NCBI RefSeq assembly: GCF_009914755.1
Contig: NC_060933.1
Strand: one strand, 5' to 3'
DNA: 64,000 nt
Origin: the human T2T-CHM13v2.0 reference genome, Homo sapiens
Notes under the pieces: generated by a model
Database searches by the model: none
Seen by the model: the letters and a program-made list of their open reading frames with translations, nothing else
Told to the model about the DNA's origin: nothing
Translations under genes and position numbers: made by a program
Part shown: in pieces, positions 40,741-53,961 of the stretch
How positions within the stretch are numbered: position 1 is the stretch's first letter
Layout of the letters: every line of letters starts with the position of its first letter

Positions 40741-41349
40741 GAATTATCCTTTTACCCCATTAATTATAATTATTATCTAGACTCTAATTGATTTTGACTT
40801 TGTTTCTGTTAACTATTCACATTTGAACTAACATTCTTATCCTAAATGACTCATAGGTTTAATTTTATACTTATGAAGGTCCTCCTAATTATTTACAAGA
40901 AAAAATACTGTAACTCAATAATTCTATATGCAGCAAAACTATCTTTCAAAAATGAAGGAGACATTAAGACATTCCCAGATAAACAAAAACAAAGAACTTG
41001 TCACTAGCAGAATTACCCTACAAGAAATACTAAAGGGATTCAGTCCTTCAGACTAAAATAATAGGACACTAGACTGTACCCACAAGAAGAAATAAGAGCA
41101 CAGGTAAATATAAAAGATAGTATAAATGCATTTCATTTGTAACTCTTTTCTTCTAATTTAAAAGAAACTCACATAAAGTAGTAATTTTAAAACTGTTCAT
41201 TGGCTTATAGGGTATAAAGATGTAATTTGTATGATAATAATAGGGCAAAGGAGGGAGGAGAGAAAAAAGCTATATAACAGAAAATTATTGTATGCAATTG
41301 AAATTAAATTGATATTAATCTAAAGTAGATTGTTATAAATTAAAATGTC

Positions 41350-41962
41350 CTTCTCCATGTTTATTGCAGTGCTATTCACAATAACCAAGATATAGAACAA
41401 AATTAAATGTCCATCAATGAATAAACAGATAAGGAAAATGTGGTATATATACACAATGGAACATTATTCAGTCATAAAAATAATAAAATCATGTCATTTG
41501 TGCAACATGGATGGAATTGGAGGCCATTATGTTAGTGAAATAAGCCAGGCACAGAAAGACAAATATTGCATGTTCACACTAATATGTGGAAGCTAAAAAA
41601 GTTGATCTCATAGAGATAGAGAGTAGAATTATAGTTACCAGAGGCTGAGAAGGGTAGAGGTGGGGGATGAAGAGAGGTTGGTTAATGGGTGCAAACATAC
41701 ACTTAGATAGACAAAATAATACAGTTATATCTGTATAGCAGAGTGACTACAGTTAACAACAATTTATTACATATTTCAAAATAGCTAGAAGGGGAAATTT
41801 TAAATGTTCTTAACAAAAAGAAATGATAAATGTTGAGGTGATGGATATCCTAAATACCTTGATTTGATCATTATATATTGTATGCATGTATCAAAATACC
41901 ACTGTGCCCCATAAATATATATGATTATCATGCATTAATCAAAATTTTTTAAATAAAAAAAG
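41350..41962 (+). mobile_element. L1MA-type 3' end nested in the older L1M
   Basis: catgtttattgcagtgctattcacaata...gtgccccataaatatat...aataaaaaaa. Confidence 0.87.
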
Positions 41963-43453
41963 TTAATTATAATCCTCAGACAACAACTAAGAAAATAACT
42001 CAAAAAGTATATAGCAAAAGAAATGACAAGTGAATTAAAATAGTACACTAAAAAATACTTAACACAAAAGAAGGAAGTAATAGAACAACAGAGAAACAAA
42101 AAAGACAAGTTATATGGAAAACAAATAACAAAATACCAGATGTAACTCCTACCTTATGAGCAATTACATTTATAGTAAATGGATTAAATAGTCCAATCAA
42201 AAGGCAGAGATTGATAAAATGGTTTAACAAAATAAGCCAACTACATGCTTTCCATCAGAAATACAGAATAGATTCAAAGACACAGATAGATTAAAAGGAA
42301 AAGGATAGAAAATGATATGCCATACAAACAGTAACCAAAATGGAGCTGAAGTGACTATTCTAATCCCAGAAAAAAAGGCTTTAAGTACAAAATAATTAAT
42401 AGAGACAAGGTAAAACGTTTTTAAATGAGAAAAGGGTCAATTCATCAGGTAGACATAGTAACTATAAACAGAGATGTACCTAACAACAAAATACATGAAG
42501 CAATAACTGACAAAATTGAAGGAAGAAATAGATGATTCAACATTATTAGTTGGAGAATTAAGTATTTCACTTTCAATAATGGATACAACACCTAGACATA
42601 AGAACAAAAAGGAAAGAGAGTATGATGGTAAATTTTATGTTATGTGTATTTTGCCAAAATTTTTTAAATTGGAGAAAAAAGCGTTGAACAATACTATTAA
42701 ACAACTAGACCTAACAGATATCAACAGACTACTCCACCCAACAATAGCAGAATACACATTCTTCTCAAGTCCATATGGAATATTCTCCAGGACAGGCCAT
42801 ATTTAAGGCCACAAAAAAAGTCTCAATAAACTTAAAATTATTGAAATAATATGAAGTATGTTCTCTTTCCACGACAGAATGAAATAGATAAACTATTAGA
42901 ATTAAAAATAGTACTCAGCAAGGCTGTCAGAAACAAGACCATCCTATGAAAATCAATAGCATTCCAGCACCACATAGAAACTGTATTTTAAAATAATACA
43001 TAGTTAGCAACAAACAAAAATCTAAAAGGCCTTCTTACACCCAATTACCTCTGATCGGTGCCCCGCAGGCCCCATGGACTACAAGGTCCTCATGGGTCTT
43101 GACCATCTCCTCAATGCTGACCTCCTTCTTCATCCCAACCCCAAAGGTTCTACCAACTGTAGCTGCCTTCTCAGTCACAACTACTTTCTTGACCCAAACT
43201 TGAAACCCCAAATTTCTGTTTATCTGACAGGAAAGGAAGAGAAGGGAAAGGAAAGGAAGGGAAGATGGAAATTTCTTTGTTGATGTAGTATGGAGATAAG
43301 AGCTCTTAAAAAAAGAGAGAGAAACTGATTAATGCATTGCTGAATTTATACCTTTATTATGTTTTCTTACAAAAGTTATTTTAAAAAGAGTAGGATAAAT
43401 TATAAGGAAAATGTATAAGACTTGAAGGACTCCTGGTACCAACTTCTGCAATA

Positions 43454-43873
43454 GTTGAGACTCTTTTGTCAGAAGCTCAGAAAGCGACTTCTAGCACTTA
43501 GGCATGCAAGAAAAAGTAATTAATTGGTTAAGCATCATAGATTCAATGAACCAAGTAACACACAGGCCACCAGGGAGAATTAGAACCAAACAGTTCCAAA
43601 CATCGCATTGGCAGGGCATTGCAAATGGGCTGACTGAGCTCCAACGGCATTCCATACTTGGAAGACTTCTCTCAAGATTCAGAATTCCAAAGAGAGTCTG
43701 ATTGGCCTATGTTGATTTCTGTGCTCATCCCTTGACCAGAAAAGCAGAGAAACAATGTTTTTGAGCTTCACTATTTAATAGATATGGGGCAACTTCTCAA
43801 AGGAAAAGGGATAACTTTACTAGAAGGGGAAAGATGTACTGGGTAGACAGAAGCAACAAATATACCTATCACA
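43454..43873 (-). mobile_element. Ancient MaLR LTR (MLT1J/K-like)
   Basis: agagagtctgattggcct...gctcatcccttgacc and terminus ctgggtagacagaagcaacaaatatacctatcaca. Confidence 0.5.
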
Positions 43874-44519
43874 TTTTCTATAACAGTAATTATGCTCACT
43901 CAAGGCAGAAGCCAACCCTCCTAGTGGTGAATTGCACATACCATCTATGAAAAGATCACAACCCAGAAGGCATAGGCAACTGCCACGGATCTAATGAATA
44001 GGTGATCAGAAGACCTCCCAATACTCTTGAAAGTACTGAGAACTGATTCCCTATTCTCTCACCTATGACCAGCCGGAGAGAACCATATTTTCTGGTCTTC
44101 CAGATGAATCCTATTCAAAATATTATTCACTGTGAGGCTATAATTATTAGTCCTTAACTTACTACTTAACAGTAGCCCTCTTCTAAGCTGTTATCTCTCT
44201 GCCTGTTGTTTGGCTTAGGAAATTCCTGCAGGACCTGCCTTGACTTTGAACCTTTTTTATCTCACCTTATTTGTCTTATTCCCACTACATTAGTTAAAAC
44301 AAAATTCCCCTTTCCTGTCCAGACACATCAGACAGATACCACCAATAAGACCCTCCCTGCTTACTGGCAAGAGCATATCAAAAACACCTAGACAGTTTTC
44401 CTAAAAGGAGACCATTAAAAAATAAATTCAGAACCTAAACCAAACTTCTAGGTGTAATTCATTTGACCTAGACTTCTTCAGTGAACATGCCAAGATCTTG
44501 TATGTAATGAAGCAGTACT

Positions 44520-45062
44520 GGTACATTAAAAGCCACTCATGCCACTCTACTGTTTAAAGTCCTTTGCCAGAAATAGAGCAAAACTCAGACTCTTTAGACT
44601 GGCATCAAGGTTCTTCACACTTGGGCTCTAAACTCTCTCTCCAGCCTAGTCAACCTACATTTCATGCATACTCCAGCCACACTACACTATTTGTTACTGC
44701 CCAATATTGCACATGCATTTCACACCTCTGTATCTTCCTATCTCTTGTTCCTTTGGCTTAGCCTGTCCTTCGTATACTACTTCCACCTGGAAATAATCTT
44801 CCCATCATTTAAGATCTACTTTGTGTTATCTTTTCTTCATCAGTCTTTCCCAGCAGGTTGCTTCCTCCTTCTTCCTTGCCAACCATGTTAATTTGTACAT
44901 TCTTCTTGTTATTGCACTTGTACTGTTTACAGACCTGCCTTTGTCATCAGATTAGGAATCCCTTGAGGTCAAATAATGAATTAAATTCACCCTTGAACCT
45001 CCAGCATCAAGTACAGTGGTTGGTGCATAGTAAGCACTCACTATATATTTGAACAGCGAAGA
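44520..45062 (+). mobile_element. L2 3' region
   Basis: Pyrimidine-rich body ending cagtggttggtgcatagtaagcactcactatatatttgaa. Confidence 0.65.
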
Positions 45063-48000
45063 ACTTAATAAATCCAACTTGAGATAAGTTACCACCCATC
45101 AAGTTTTGTGGGATTCTAAATACCCTAATAAACCATGAAGGCACTCAACATTCTCAGAAATGAAAATGAATGAAAAAAAAAGAATTTTTCAGTCTTTTGT
45201 TTGACAAAATGTTGCTTATATAGACATTATATCTAAACAATAAGCTCCATACCCTAGCCACGCTCAGAGATATCTGCGCAACCTGACACCTCTCCTATAA
45301 TTCTTCTTTCTACTCACAAAGAAAAAAACAGAATGTTTGAAGCCATTTCTCTATTCTCAGAAAATATACCCCATGTATGTCTTCTCTAATTCCTATATAT
45401 TACAAGGTCAATTAATTATAGATCCACAGAGCTGGAATTATCAGAGACCTTTTGTACTCATCATTTTATAGACAGAATAACTGGGCCTAAAGAGGTGAAA
45501 TCACTTCCCCAAGGCCATAAAGCAAATCAGCAGCAGCACTAACCTAAGTCTGTTGCTTCCTAATCATCTTACCAAATATTCCCACAGAGATAAAAATTAA
45601 TTCTCCCACCCACACATAAGCCTTGCAACCACCGGTTCACTTACAAATTATTCCAGGATAATTGTTAATAATTATTACTAAACATGAACAGATTTGGATA
45701 CTAAATTGTAACAGATAAACCTGCACACACAAGTACTGCTACTAGTACAAAACTCCATGACACAGTTGACCAGTGTCCAACTTAATCGATAGGATCCTTT
45801 GGTTTGTTTGTGTCGTATGTGTGTGCACATGTGTGTATGTAATTTTCCCCCCAATTTCTATTAGCACTGTACAAAAAAAGGAAGTTGAAAGTGAGAAGTC
45901 TTCTATTGTTGCACAGACATGTGACTCTTGTCTAAATGGCATTAAAATTGTTCAGACATTGAAATGAAAGCAAATGTGCCTGTACCCATCACATTACGTA
46001 GGAAAACCAATGTAGGCTGAGTTGCATGTCACCAAATGCCCCACATGTGACAAACAGAGAAAGTGACATAATCCAAGTATTCAGCAAAAGCAGCCCACAG
46101 TAACAAATGCATCATTTCTGAAGAGGAAGAGAGAGCAGATGGCTCAGCAAGCAACTGTGGAACAGCCAGCTTCCCCCTCCGCACCTCCAAAACCAAATTG
46201 CCTCCCAGTATCTCATCCTAGGCACTGCAGAAACTCAGAGGCAAAACGCTTAAGCACCACAGTAGCAGCGGCCAGGGCAGGAGTCTCAGGTCATGGTGCC
46301 CTGAGCTTGGACCCAGATGACCTGAGTTCACAGCAAGATTCTGCTTCTCGCTTTCTATGTTACCTTAAACAAGTTACTTAATTTCTTTAAATTTTATTTC
46401 CTCATCTATGTTATATAGGATCAGTAAGACTCCATAATATTCTAGGACATATTGACACGAAAGTGCTTCATGAACTACAAAGTACTCAACAAATGTTAAA
46501 CTTCATTAATTAAAATGTACCGATTGGTTAGAACTAATACAAGCCAATCTGAAACCTAATAACATATATCATACACAGTGTATGGAGAGCCCTAGCCCTA
46601 GTTGATCACGGCTTCACAGATGCTTTTTAAGAGTGGTCAGCGAATTGTGGTTCTCTCTGCTAAAAAGTCACCATGACTATCCTTCTATCTTAAGGGTGGG
46701 ATAAATCTATTCCATTCATTCCTCATTCAACAGTGGATGCTCAACATGTATTGAACATCCACTGTAAGCCATGCACTAGCTAAGTGACAAAAGATATAGT
46801 AGCTGAGGCGTTTTGGATGCTAATTTCTCTTAAAGATAATTATCTCTTTTTCTTTTATTGTTATTGCTTAAAGGGCAAACACCATGGAAAACAAAATAAA
46901 TATTTAACTACATCAAGAAAGACTAGAGTCAGATATTTCTGGATTATTTGTTGCATCAGCCTAAGAAATAATAATGGCTTATATTGCTAGTACTTAAAAA
47001 AAAAGCTACCATAGCTGTTAACTGACTTAATTATCATACTAGCTGTATGAAAAAGGAATGATTTCCCACTCTTATGAAGCCTAAATGCAAATCTGAGTCT
47101 AAAACACTCTCCACTATACCATATTGTCTCTCACTTTAACACCAAGGGTTATCAAGGTGGGAAAAGAAAAGTATCTTCTGGCAAGATAAATCATAATTGT
47201 TTTCAATACTCTAGTGTACATTGTTGAGGCAGAGAGATTCCAGGACTTCACTTCCCTCAAACAGCTAAAACAGCTGTTTAGATAAAAACAGCTAAAACAA
47301 GCATTAGAAAAACCATAAAAGTGGGACTGAGTAATTTCAATAATCCCTTTTGCTACTGTTTTAATCCCACACAATACATGTATTTTATTTGTTTATTCAC
47401 TGACATTCTGCTAACTGCAGGAGAAACTCCCAAAAGCTAAGACTAGACTAAAATAGTAGAACACTACTAATTGGCGGATCAATAAACTACTCCATTCTGT
47501 TTGCATAAATAGACATTTTGATGGTAATCCTTTGCTTTGATGGCAACCAAAATAGATTAACTGGATCTTTAATAGATGTATATAATAAAAGCCACAGACA
47601 ATATGCCCTGAAGATCGTCAATCTCATATCCTGGCAGATGGTAGAAATGGAGGAAGGGGAAAAGGAAGGGAAAGAACATTCCTGGAGCAGCTGTTGCATG
47701 TGGGTACCACACTGGGCACTTTAAATATTTTAACTCTTTGCAGTTTCATCCTAACCCTACATACAATTTTACAGATGAGGAAACAGAGGCTCAGAGAAGT
47801 TAAGACCAGTCCCATCTCTTCACTTGGCCCTACATTATCTTTCAAAATACTCTGATGTGGAAAGGCCAGAGCACACGTGTGTTACAGAGGACCACCTTGG
47901 CTCCTGATGCTCCTTAAAGAGGCCACGACTTGTGTGTCATGATTCAGGGATTGGACTTGCTGCCAAGGTCACAGATGGTACACTTGAGATCCCCTAGCCT

Positions 48001-48339
48001 ATGTACAGAGTAGTCCCCAAGAGAGGGAAGGGTAAAGATGAAGCCTTAGAAACACAAAATTAGGACATATACAGGGAGAAAGAGAAATACGAGATGTGAA
48101 AGAACAACAAAAGTGCAAATCCATGGCAGTCAAGGATGTGTTAAGAAATAGTAGGTGGTTAAAAGCTATGACGGTCAGTAGAATAACAGCTAAGAACTGA
48201 CCTCAAGCTTTAGGATAAAGTCTCTATTATCCTGCAAGACCAGAATATCGGTAAAATTGGTGGAATTAACTATTTTTTTTAATGATTATAAAACAGGACA
48301 ATGCATTTTATGATGGAAAATGGGTAAGCACATAAAAAT

Positions 48340-48767
48340 ACCCTTGAACAATGTGGGAGTTAGGGGTGCTGACATCCCCATACAGTCAAAAAGCCACATA
48401 TAACTTTGGCCTCCCCCAAAATTTAGCTGGGTTAACTATGTTGACCAGAGCCTTACTGATAACATAAACAGTTAATTAACATATATTTTTCATTTTGTGT
48501 GTATTATATACTGAATTCTTATAATTAAGTTAGAGAGAACACATTATGAAGAAAATCATAAGGAAAACAATATACGTACTATTCATTAAGTGGAAGTGGA
48601 TCTTCATAAAGGTCTTCATCCTCATCATCTTCTTGTTAAGTAGGTTGAAAAGGAGGAGGAAGAAGAGGGGTCAGTCTTGCTGTTTCATGGGTGGCAGAAG
48701 TGGAAAAAAAATCCACATGTAAGTGGACCCATGCAGTTCAGACCTGTGTTCTTCAAGAGTTAACTGT
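48340..48767. mobile_element. Tigger2a (MER28)-type element
   Basis: cccttgaacaatgtgggagttaggggtgctgac...taagtggacccatgcagttcagacctgtgttcttcaagagttaactg. Confidence 0.85.
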
Positions 48768-49719
48768 TTAAAGGTGGGGGGAGGTAAAATCACCATAATT
48801 CCACCCTGACATGATTGACTTTTTTAAAAATTGTTAACATTTCAGCATATTTTCTCCTAATGTTCTTCTGGGTACTTTTTACACAGTTAAAATCATACTG
48901 ACCGTGTAATTTTGTATGCTATTTTTTAGTTTAACACTGTCTAGAACATTTGCCCAAGTCTTTAAAAACTCCTATCACTAATCTTGAATGCCACTGAACC
49001 ACAGACATTGAGGGTAAGCTCAATGCTTTATTCTTTTTGTATATTTCCACAGAAATCAGCACAGTCATTTTCAGAACAGAGATATTCAAAAAAAATTATT
49101 GAATGGAATTGCAGCACCAGTGCACTCTCATCTTCCCTTAATTTACCAGTCATCTGATGCCCCTTGTCTATGGTTCATTTTATGGTACATTGTGTCGGCT
49201 CTCAGGATGTTTTATATAATCTGTTTCAGGCTCTCCCTAACTGGACAGTGTGTGTCATGAGAGAAAGAAATTCATACCTTGAATTCCTCTTCTATCTTTT
49301 GCTTTCTATCTTCACCAACAGTGCCTACCATAATGTCCCTTCCACAGAAGATAATTTAATCTCATTACATTAAAGTTACATCTATAAAAATTCAAAGAAG
49401 CAGCATATGTTTTATTTATACTGGTGATGCTTCTAGCACCAATAAAGCCTTTATATGTTTTCCTTAAGCATAGTCCCTAGATTCATATCCTCTGTTTTCT
49501 TTCTTTCTCTTCCCTTTACAGTAGACTGAAACTGTATATACATACATATAAATCAGAAACTACAACCTTCATGATCTTTTTTTGGAAGACAACTTTGTTG
49601 AAGAGAGATTACAGAGGGGCAAGAATGGAAACAGGAAGACCAATTAGGAGGCTATTGCAAAAATCCAGAATCTATTACTTCCAAGAGCAGAACTTCATGT
49701 GTAGAAGTCATATGCAGAC

Positions 49720-49853
49720 ATATGGAGTGGGCTGCCTCAGGAGGCAGTGAGCTTTCTGCCACTAGAGGTGCACAAATAGAGAACCACTTGGCAAGGACAT
49801 GGACAAGGTTGGCCTTATAACCTAAAAGTCACTTCCAACACTGAGACTCCATG
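49720..49853 (+). mobile_element. CR1/L3 LINE 3' end
   Basis: tggagtgggctgcctcaggaggcagtgagc...gtcacttccaacactgagactccatga. Confidence 0.65.
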
Positions 49854-50052
49854 ATCGTTGCCTAGAGTATCTCATGCCCTCAACAGCCTAATAACCCCAC
49901 AAACATATTCACTCTTTATTTTGATTATACAAGCACAGTATAATCACCATAGAAAATCAGAAGGTAGAGATATTAGATAAGCAAAAAGAAAAGAAATAAA
50001 AATACAGTCCCAACAGCCAGATATAGTCATGATTAGGACCTAAGCATGTGTG

Positions 50053-50083
<31 letters not shown>

Positions 50084-51743
50084 CCCCTTCTATTACATTA
50101 ACTTGTCAGATGTATCATTAGACACATGATAGAAAGCATGGGTCTTTTCCTAACTAAACAAAATCTCCATCTTTACGGTATTTTATAATCTTCTTTTAAA
50201 ATTCAATATATAATGAATATATTCCCCTGTCAATTTATATTTCTTGCTAGAGTCAGAAACTTCCTATAACAGCCTGAAGTATTGAGTTATGTAAATAAAA
50301 TAGAAACTGGCAGGATACTTACAGTCTTAGGAGATTTAGATAATGAGATAATTACTCCATGAATGCCTCCCACTAATTCTAAGTGGGATATTTGAACTGT
50401 CTCCCATTATAATATTTCACAGTCCTCTCCCAGTTTCAGCACTCTTCCCTCCATCATCATAACAAGCTATATCCCATGTCAAGTGACAGGAACATAATCA
50501 AAAGAGAGTGAAGAAACATCTGTTATCCTAACTGAGCCTCAGAGGTCTCATCTTACCCTTCCCTTGTAATGTCTGGGCATCTAATGATATTATAACCATC
50601 ATTCATTCCATAAGAGCTTAGAAGTTTCCAAGTGTCTCAGGTTTATTCATCATCTTAGCACCAAGGGGAACATCTCAGTAGTTCCTTAGATGTAATATCT
50701 GTAGATTCATTTAAAAACAAATATTTATTGAGTATCTACCATGTGCCAGGCACCGTACTCAACAACTGGGATAAAGCAGTAAGCAAAAGATGAAAAATAT
50801 CTGTCTTCATGAAGCTTTAATTCTTGTTGTAGGAAACAGACAATAAAAACTAAGTTGGTTGTATGGTGATAGATGCTGTGGCAGGAATGAAAGTAATAAA
50901 GGAGGATAAGTGAAGACATGAAGGAGGAAAGGGGATTGTAATTTTAAATAGCATGGTCAGGAAAGTCCTAAATAAAAAGGATGGCTTTAGAGCAAAGACC
51001 TGAAGTAGGGAAGGAGGGAGTCTCACGTGTATTAAGGGAAGAGCATTCCAGGCAGTAGCCCCGAGGCAGGAAAGTACTTGGGCATGTTCCGGACACAGTA
51101 TGGAGTGACATGCTGATCCAGTATGGAGGCCAATGTGGGTGGAACAGAGTGAAGAAAAAAGTAATAGAAGATGAGGTCATAAAGGTAGCTGGAAGCAAGA
51201 TCACATAGGACCTTGCATATCATTGAAAGTCTTAAATTTTTATCTGAGGGAGGTGGAAACTATTGGTGAGTACTGAGCATGAGAGTGACATCATATGACT
51301 TGGGTTTTTGAAGGACCCCTTTGTTGAGAGTAGATTACAGAGGGCAAAAGTAGAAGCATGAAGACCAACTAGGAGGCTGGAAAAATCCAGGAAATGATGG
51401 CTTGGAGCCATGTAGGGGGTAAGAGGCAGCCAGATCCTATATAGATTTTGAAAAAGCAGCCTCAGGATATGGTGAGAGTTTTGATACGTGTTGTAAGAAA
51501 GAGAAGAGTTAAGGATGTCACCAAAATTTTTGGCCCTGGAAACTGAAAGAACAGAGTTATCATGTGCTGAAAGGGGAGCACTGTAAAAAGAGTAGGTTTG
51601 TAGTGGAGGAAATTAGGAATTCAGCTTTGGACGTTAGAGTTGATTAGCCATCAAAGAGGAGCTGTTGAATAAATAGATGGATCTGTTTAGTCTGCACCTT
51701 GGGGAGTTTAGGTTAGAAAGTTGAGAGCTATCAGCATATAGAT

Positions 51744-52284
51744 CAGGGGAGTCCAATCTTTTAGCTTCCCTGGGCCACATTAGAAGAAGAAAAATTGTCT
51801 TGGGCCACATATAAAATACACTAACACTAATGTTAGCTAATTGAGCTCGCAAAAAAATCACCAAAAAAAATCCATAATGTTTAGGTTTTTTATTTTATTT
51901 TATTTTAGACGGAGTCTCGCTCTGTCGCCCAGGCTGGAGTTTGTCATCTTGGCTCACCACAACCTCCGCCTCCCAGGTTCAAGCAATTCTCCTGCCTCAG
52001 CCTCCTTAGTAGCTGGGACTACAGGCGCATGCCACCACACCCAGCTAACTTTTGTATTTTTAATGGAGACGGGGTTTCGCCATGTTGCCTAGGATGGTCT
52101 TGATCTCTTGACCTCGTGATCCACCTGCCTCAGCCTCCAAAAGTGCTGAGATTACAGGCATGAGCCCCTGTGCCCGGCCAAAAATCTCATAATGTTTTAA
52201 GAAAGTCTGTGAATTTGTGTTGGGCCACATTCAAAGATGTCCTGGGCCACATGCAGCCCATGGGCTATGGGTTGGACAAGCTTG
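51744..52284 (+). mobile_element. MER30 (hAT-Charlie) split by an Alu
   Basis: gtccaatcttttagcttccctgggccac...gggttggacaagcttg; 8-bp TSD atatagat/atataggt. Confidence 0.88.
51886..52179 (-). mobile_element. AluSc-like
   Basis: Antisense dimer; TSD aaaaatc(t)cataatgttt. Confidence 0.94.
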
Positions 52285-52699
52285 ATATAGGTGGTATTGA
52301 CAGCTGTAGACTAGAAGAGATAACTCAGATAGTAAGTGCAGATTAAAAAAAAACAAACAGGTCCAAGAACTGAACTTGGAAGCCTGCCAATATTTAGAGG
52401 TCAGAGCCCATGTGGTAAAAACAGAAAGCATGAAAAAACATCAAACAGATACTAACAGGCATAAAATCTTTATGCAAACTTCAGGAAAGGTGGAAGTCAA
52501 AAGTTCTAAGAAAAAGGAAAGTAAACATCAGCATTTTGGTGATCTTGAGATGTGCAAGATGATACAAGACCATAGCAGTGTCTGATTCTGGAGAATGAAA
52601 GGTAAGAAATATTAACCAGAGCAGATTTTATCCTTGCCATGTAATGGTGACTTCAGAACACCACCATTAATTCCAGCAAAAGCCACTTCCAACAATATT

Positions 52700-53430
52700 C
52701 AACTATAATTTAGATTTAATAATCACATTATATCCCATTATATGAGTATTAAATAATTTATTTAAATAACTTCCTATTTCTAGACATTTACGTTTCTAAA
52801 TCTCTTGGCTATTTTAAATATTTTTAATGAACATTCTTCCAACCACTTCTTTGCAGATATTATTATTATTTCTTTGAAATATATTTTCTTAAGTATAATT
52901 ACTAGATTAAAGGTGGTACACTTTTTAAAAAGACTTCTAATATGTATTTCTGGATTGGCCTTCATAAGCTAGTACCAATTTACATTCCTACTAATGGGGT
53001 ATAAGTGTCTTTCCAAACACTCTCCAATGCTAGATTATTTTCTTCATTTGTAATTGTTAGAAAATCACATCTCTTTCTTTCTCTTTGAATCTCTTAATTA
53101 TAGAATTAGATTTTATTTTTCATACGATTATTGGTCTTTATATTTCTTCTTTTATAACTTGCCCATTTTGATTTATGAATTTTTTTATAAATTAATGATT
53201 TTATCATTTTGACTATCATATATGTTGCAAATATTTTTTTCCCATTTTACCTTTTGCCTTTTTATTTTGTTAACATCACTTTGGGTAGGATAGAGATTGC
53301 TAATTTTTATTTGGTTGAGCGTAGCCAATTTTTCCTTTATGATTTCTATTTTTATTTTTGGCATCATGGTTAGGAAGGCTTTCTCACATCCAGCATTGTA
53401 TAAATATTCACCCAAATTTTCTGCCATACC
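52700..53430 (-). mobile_element. Degenerate L1ME-like ORF2 3' region
   Basis: Minus-strand ORF 53185-53427 ([11 protein letters not shown]...KWEKNICN) resembles the L1 ORF2 C-terminal region. Confidence 0.65.
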
Positions 53431-53477
53431 ATTATGATGGCACTGTTTTTCATTTTAATCATTACCTCTCAGAAATT

Positions 53478-53785
53478 TATTTATTTTATTTTTTTTTTTT
53501 GAGACGGAGTCTCACTCTGTTGCCCAGGCTGGAGTGCAGTGGCGCAATCTCGGCTCACTGCAAGCTCCGCCTCCCGGGTTCCTGCCATTCTCTTGCCTCA
53601 GCCTTCTGAGTAGCTGGGACTACAGGTGCCCACAACCACACCCGGCTAATTTTTTGTATTTTTTTTTAGTAGAGACGGGATTTCACCGGGTTAGCCAGGA
53701 TGGTCTCGATCTCCTGACCTCGTGATCCGCCCACCTCGGCCTCCCAAAGTGCTGGGATTACAGGCTTGAGCCACCACGCCCAACC
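53478..53785 (-). mobile_element. AluY
   Basis: ctgcaagctccgcctcccgggttc...ccattctc; TSD cagaaatttattt. Confidence 0.96.
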
Positions 53786-53961
53786 AGAAATTTATTTTAG
53801 GTGGGGTAGAAGTTCATTAGACTTGTAAAAGTATCGATCTCCTGACCTCGTGATCCGCCCACCTCGGCCTCCCAAAGTGCTGGGATTACAGGCTTAAGCC
53901 ACCGTGCACAGCCAGAAATTTATTTTAGGTGGGGTAGAAGTTCATTAGACTTGTAAAAGTA
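53706..53961. repeat. 128-bp tandem duplication (2 copies)
   Basis: 53706-53833 and 53834-53961; 5 mismatches by eye. Confidence 0.95.

Larger units (their letters stand above)
50703..52560 (-). mobile_element. Long L2 element interrupted by MER30 and an Alu
   Basis: aacaaatatttattgagtatctaccatgtgccaggcac followed by a purine-rich antisense L2 body. Confidence 0.82.

Noticed and set aside
49590-51390. Similar ~75-bp segments at ~49595-49668 and ~51320-51390
   Set aside because: Both are homologous parts of independent L2 copies with high divergence, not a local duplication.
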